Positions 62,576 through 64,000 of a stretch of 64,000 nt of DNA are shown here, piece by piece (the stretch's first letter is position 1; each line of letters opens with the position of its first letter). Both the position numbers and the translations under genes were made by a program. Under the pieces are notes generated by a model. That model ran no database searches and was not told the origin of the DNA. It saw nothing but the letters and a program-made list of their open reading frames with translations. Source of the DNA: Eledone cirrhosa (Eukaryota); NCBI GenBank assembly GCA_964016885.1, contig OZ024757.1:42532001-42596000 (forward strand), given 5' to 3'.

Positions 62576-63402
62576 AATGAAGATATTTTCAGCTGATATT
62601 TTGATATTTTAATGGAGTTTTTCGACATTTTTTGTTGACAGGTTGGTTATTCTTTTAATTTAATTATTTGTGTTGGAATATAGTGTTAGGTGAACATGTT
62701 CGAGATATTTACACACATACGTACACACCACTCTCACACATATATACTGTCACATATACACAACAGATACACCACCTTCTCACACAGCTCACACACACCA
62801 CCTCTACATACACCACTTTCACATACACAGCAGACACCACAGGGCGGTCTGCTAGAAATGGCAGCCAAATCACGCCTGTCTTATAAACAAAGAGAGAAAA
62901 AGAATATAGTGAAGACTAACTACATTATGTCTGAAATAAAATAAAGTCAGGTTGGTTATGGCTGGGTTGTCTTGGGTCGTAGTTTTACCCTGGAGTTAAA
63001 CACCTCTAACATAACACATGTTCCCCCTCACAACCATCTTGTGCTTCTGGGTTCAGTCTTGATGTATGGCACCTTGGGAGGGCCTGATGTCTCCTTGTGG
63101 CACCATGTGGGTACCTGTGCCGTCGAAACGGCAAGAGCTCAATCGTCGGACACTATTTACAATAACTACACTCTACTTTCCCAAGTATTGAGTACTTAGC
63201 TGAACAATGGTCTTACTAATCTAAACTGGTAACTCCCAGTCTCTCTCTCAGTGGCGAACTGGGTCAAAAAATATTGGTTGCCAGGAGATGAAGGGAGTCC
63301 ACCTACATATAGAATGCTAACATTGGCCCCTAAAATACATGCTACAGTGGGCCCCTGGGGCTCACTTGCCATTTGGCAACCCGGCCAGTCCGCCACTGTA
63401 TG

Positions 63403-63440
<38 letters not shown>

Positions 63441-63567
63441 TATATATATTATTTGTTTGTTAAAATAATCAAATTAAATTAATTCGGTTAAACACAGGAA
63501 TAATAAGGTTGTTACCAAAGAGCCAGAAGATTGACAGGTCGACCCTAAATATGACTAATAGCTCTAG

Positions 63568-63899
63568 GAAAGCCATGAACACCACCACGTCTTTTAAACA
63601 AGGTTTATAATTATCAATTTTCATTATACTTTTGTAGATGTCTCGGTGGTTTAATGGAAGGAATCATAGACGGTGGTGATCCTGGTCTGAATTTCGATCC
63701 TGGTTGGGAGTAGGTTTCCATGGGATGTAAAATAAAACTGAAAATGACCAGGATTGAACCCAGAGCCAGGATCTCCACCGTCTCTAGTACGTACCACTAG
63801 CCCACTGAGACTACTACGAAAATCTTATGAAAATTCATAATTATAAACCTACTTTCAAAATGTTCAATGCAAAATCATTTGGTGTCGTTCATGTCTTTC
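63568..63899. repeat. Imperfect foldback with tRNA-like A/B boxes in each arm
   Basis: AGGTTTATAATTAT..AATTTTCAT..GTCTC(G/A)GTGG..AGACGGTGG..GATCCTGG present on both strands. Confidence 0.65.
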
Positions 63900-64000
63900 T
63901 TAATGTTATTGCTCCTACTTAAGGTCGACTTCTAAATCATTTGGGTGTTCCATAAACTACATCCTCGTTTTCTATATATGCATATATATGTGTGTTATGT

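Noticed and set aside
63746-63812. Possible tRNA gene on the minus strand
   Set aside because: A/B-like boxes are present, but there is no credible acceptor stem or anticodon arm by eye; treated as SINE-head-like.

Overview
Eukaryotic, intron- and microsatellite-rich animal DNA. The repeat landscape suggests an octopod cephalopod, but this is inference. Positions ~1.8-58.4 kb hold the 3' ~85% of a HERC1 giant HECT E3 ligase gene on the + strand. I traced 58 phase-consistent GT-AG exons by hand (SPRY, UBA-like, WD40, second RCC1-like domain, HECT); the 5' exons lie upstream of the window. An intronless NSUN6 tRNA m5C methyltransferase ORF follows at 61009-62415. The introns carry RTE-like LINE fragments whose RT contains an embedded PHD finger, a Tx1/L1-clade LINE inserted in (TCTA)n, Penelope-like GIY-YIG remnants, tRNA-derived SINEs, MITEs and minisatellites. 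The most notable observation is a dense set (~12) of hammerhead ribozyme motifs. Two are complete type I hammerheads, each inside a non-coding 629-bp or 700-bp unit with short terminal direct repeats, as expected for retrozyme-like elements copied from circular RNA. One sits just downstream of the HERC1 poly(A) signal. A minimal hammerhead lies ~200 bp upstream of the NSUN6 start. All calls are by eye; no database searches were run.
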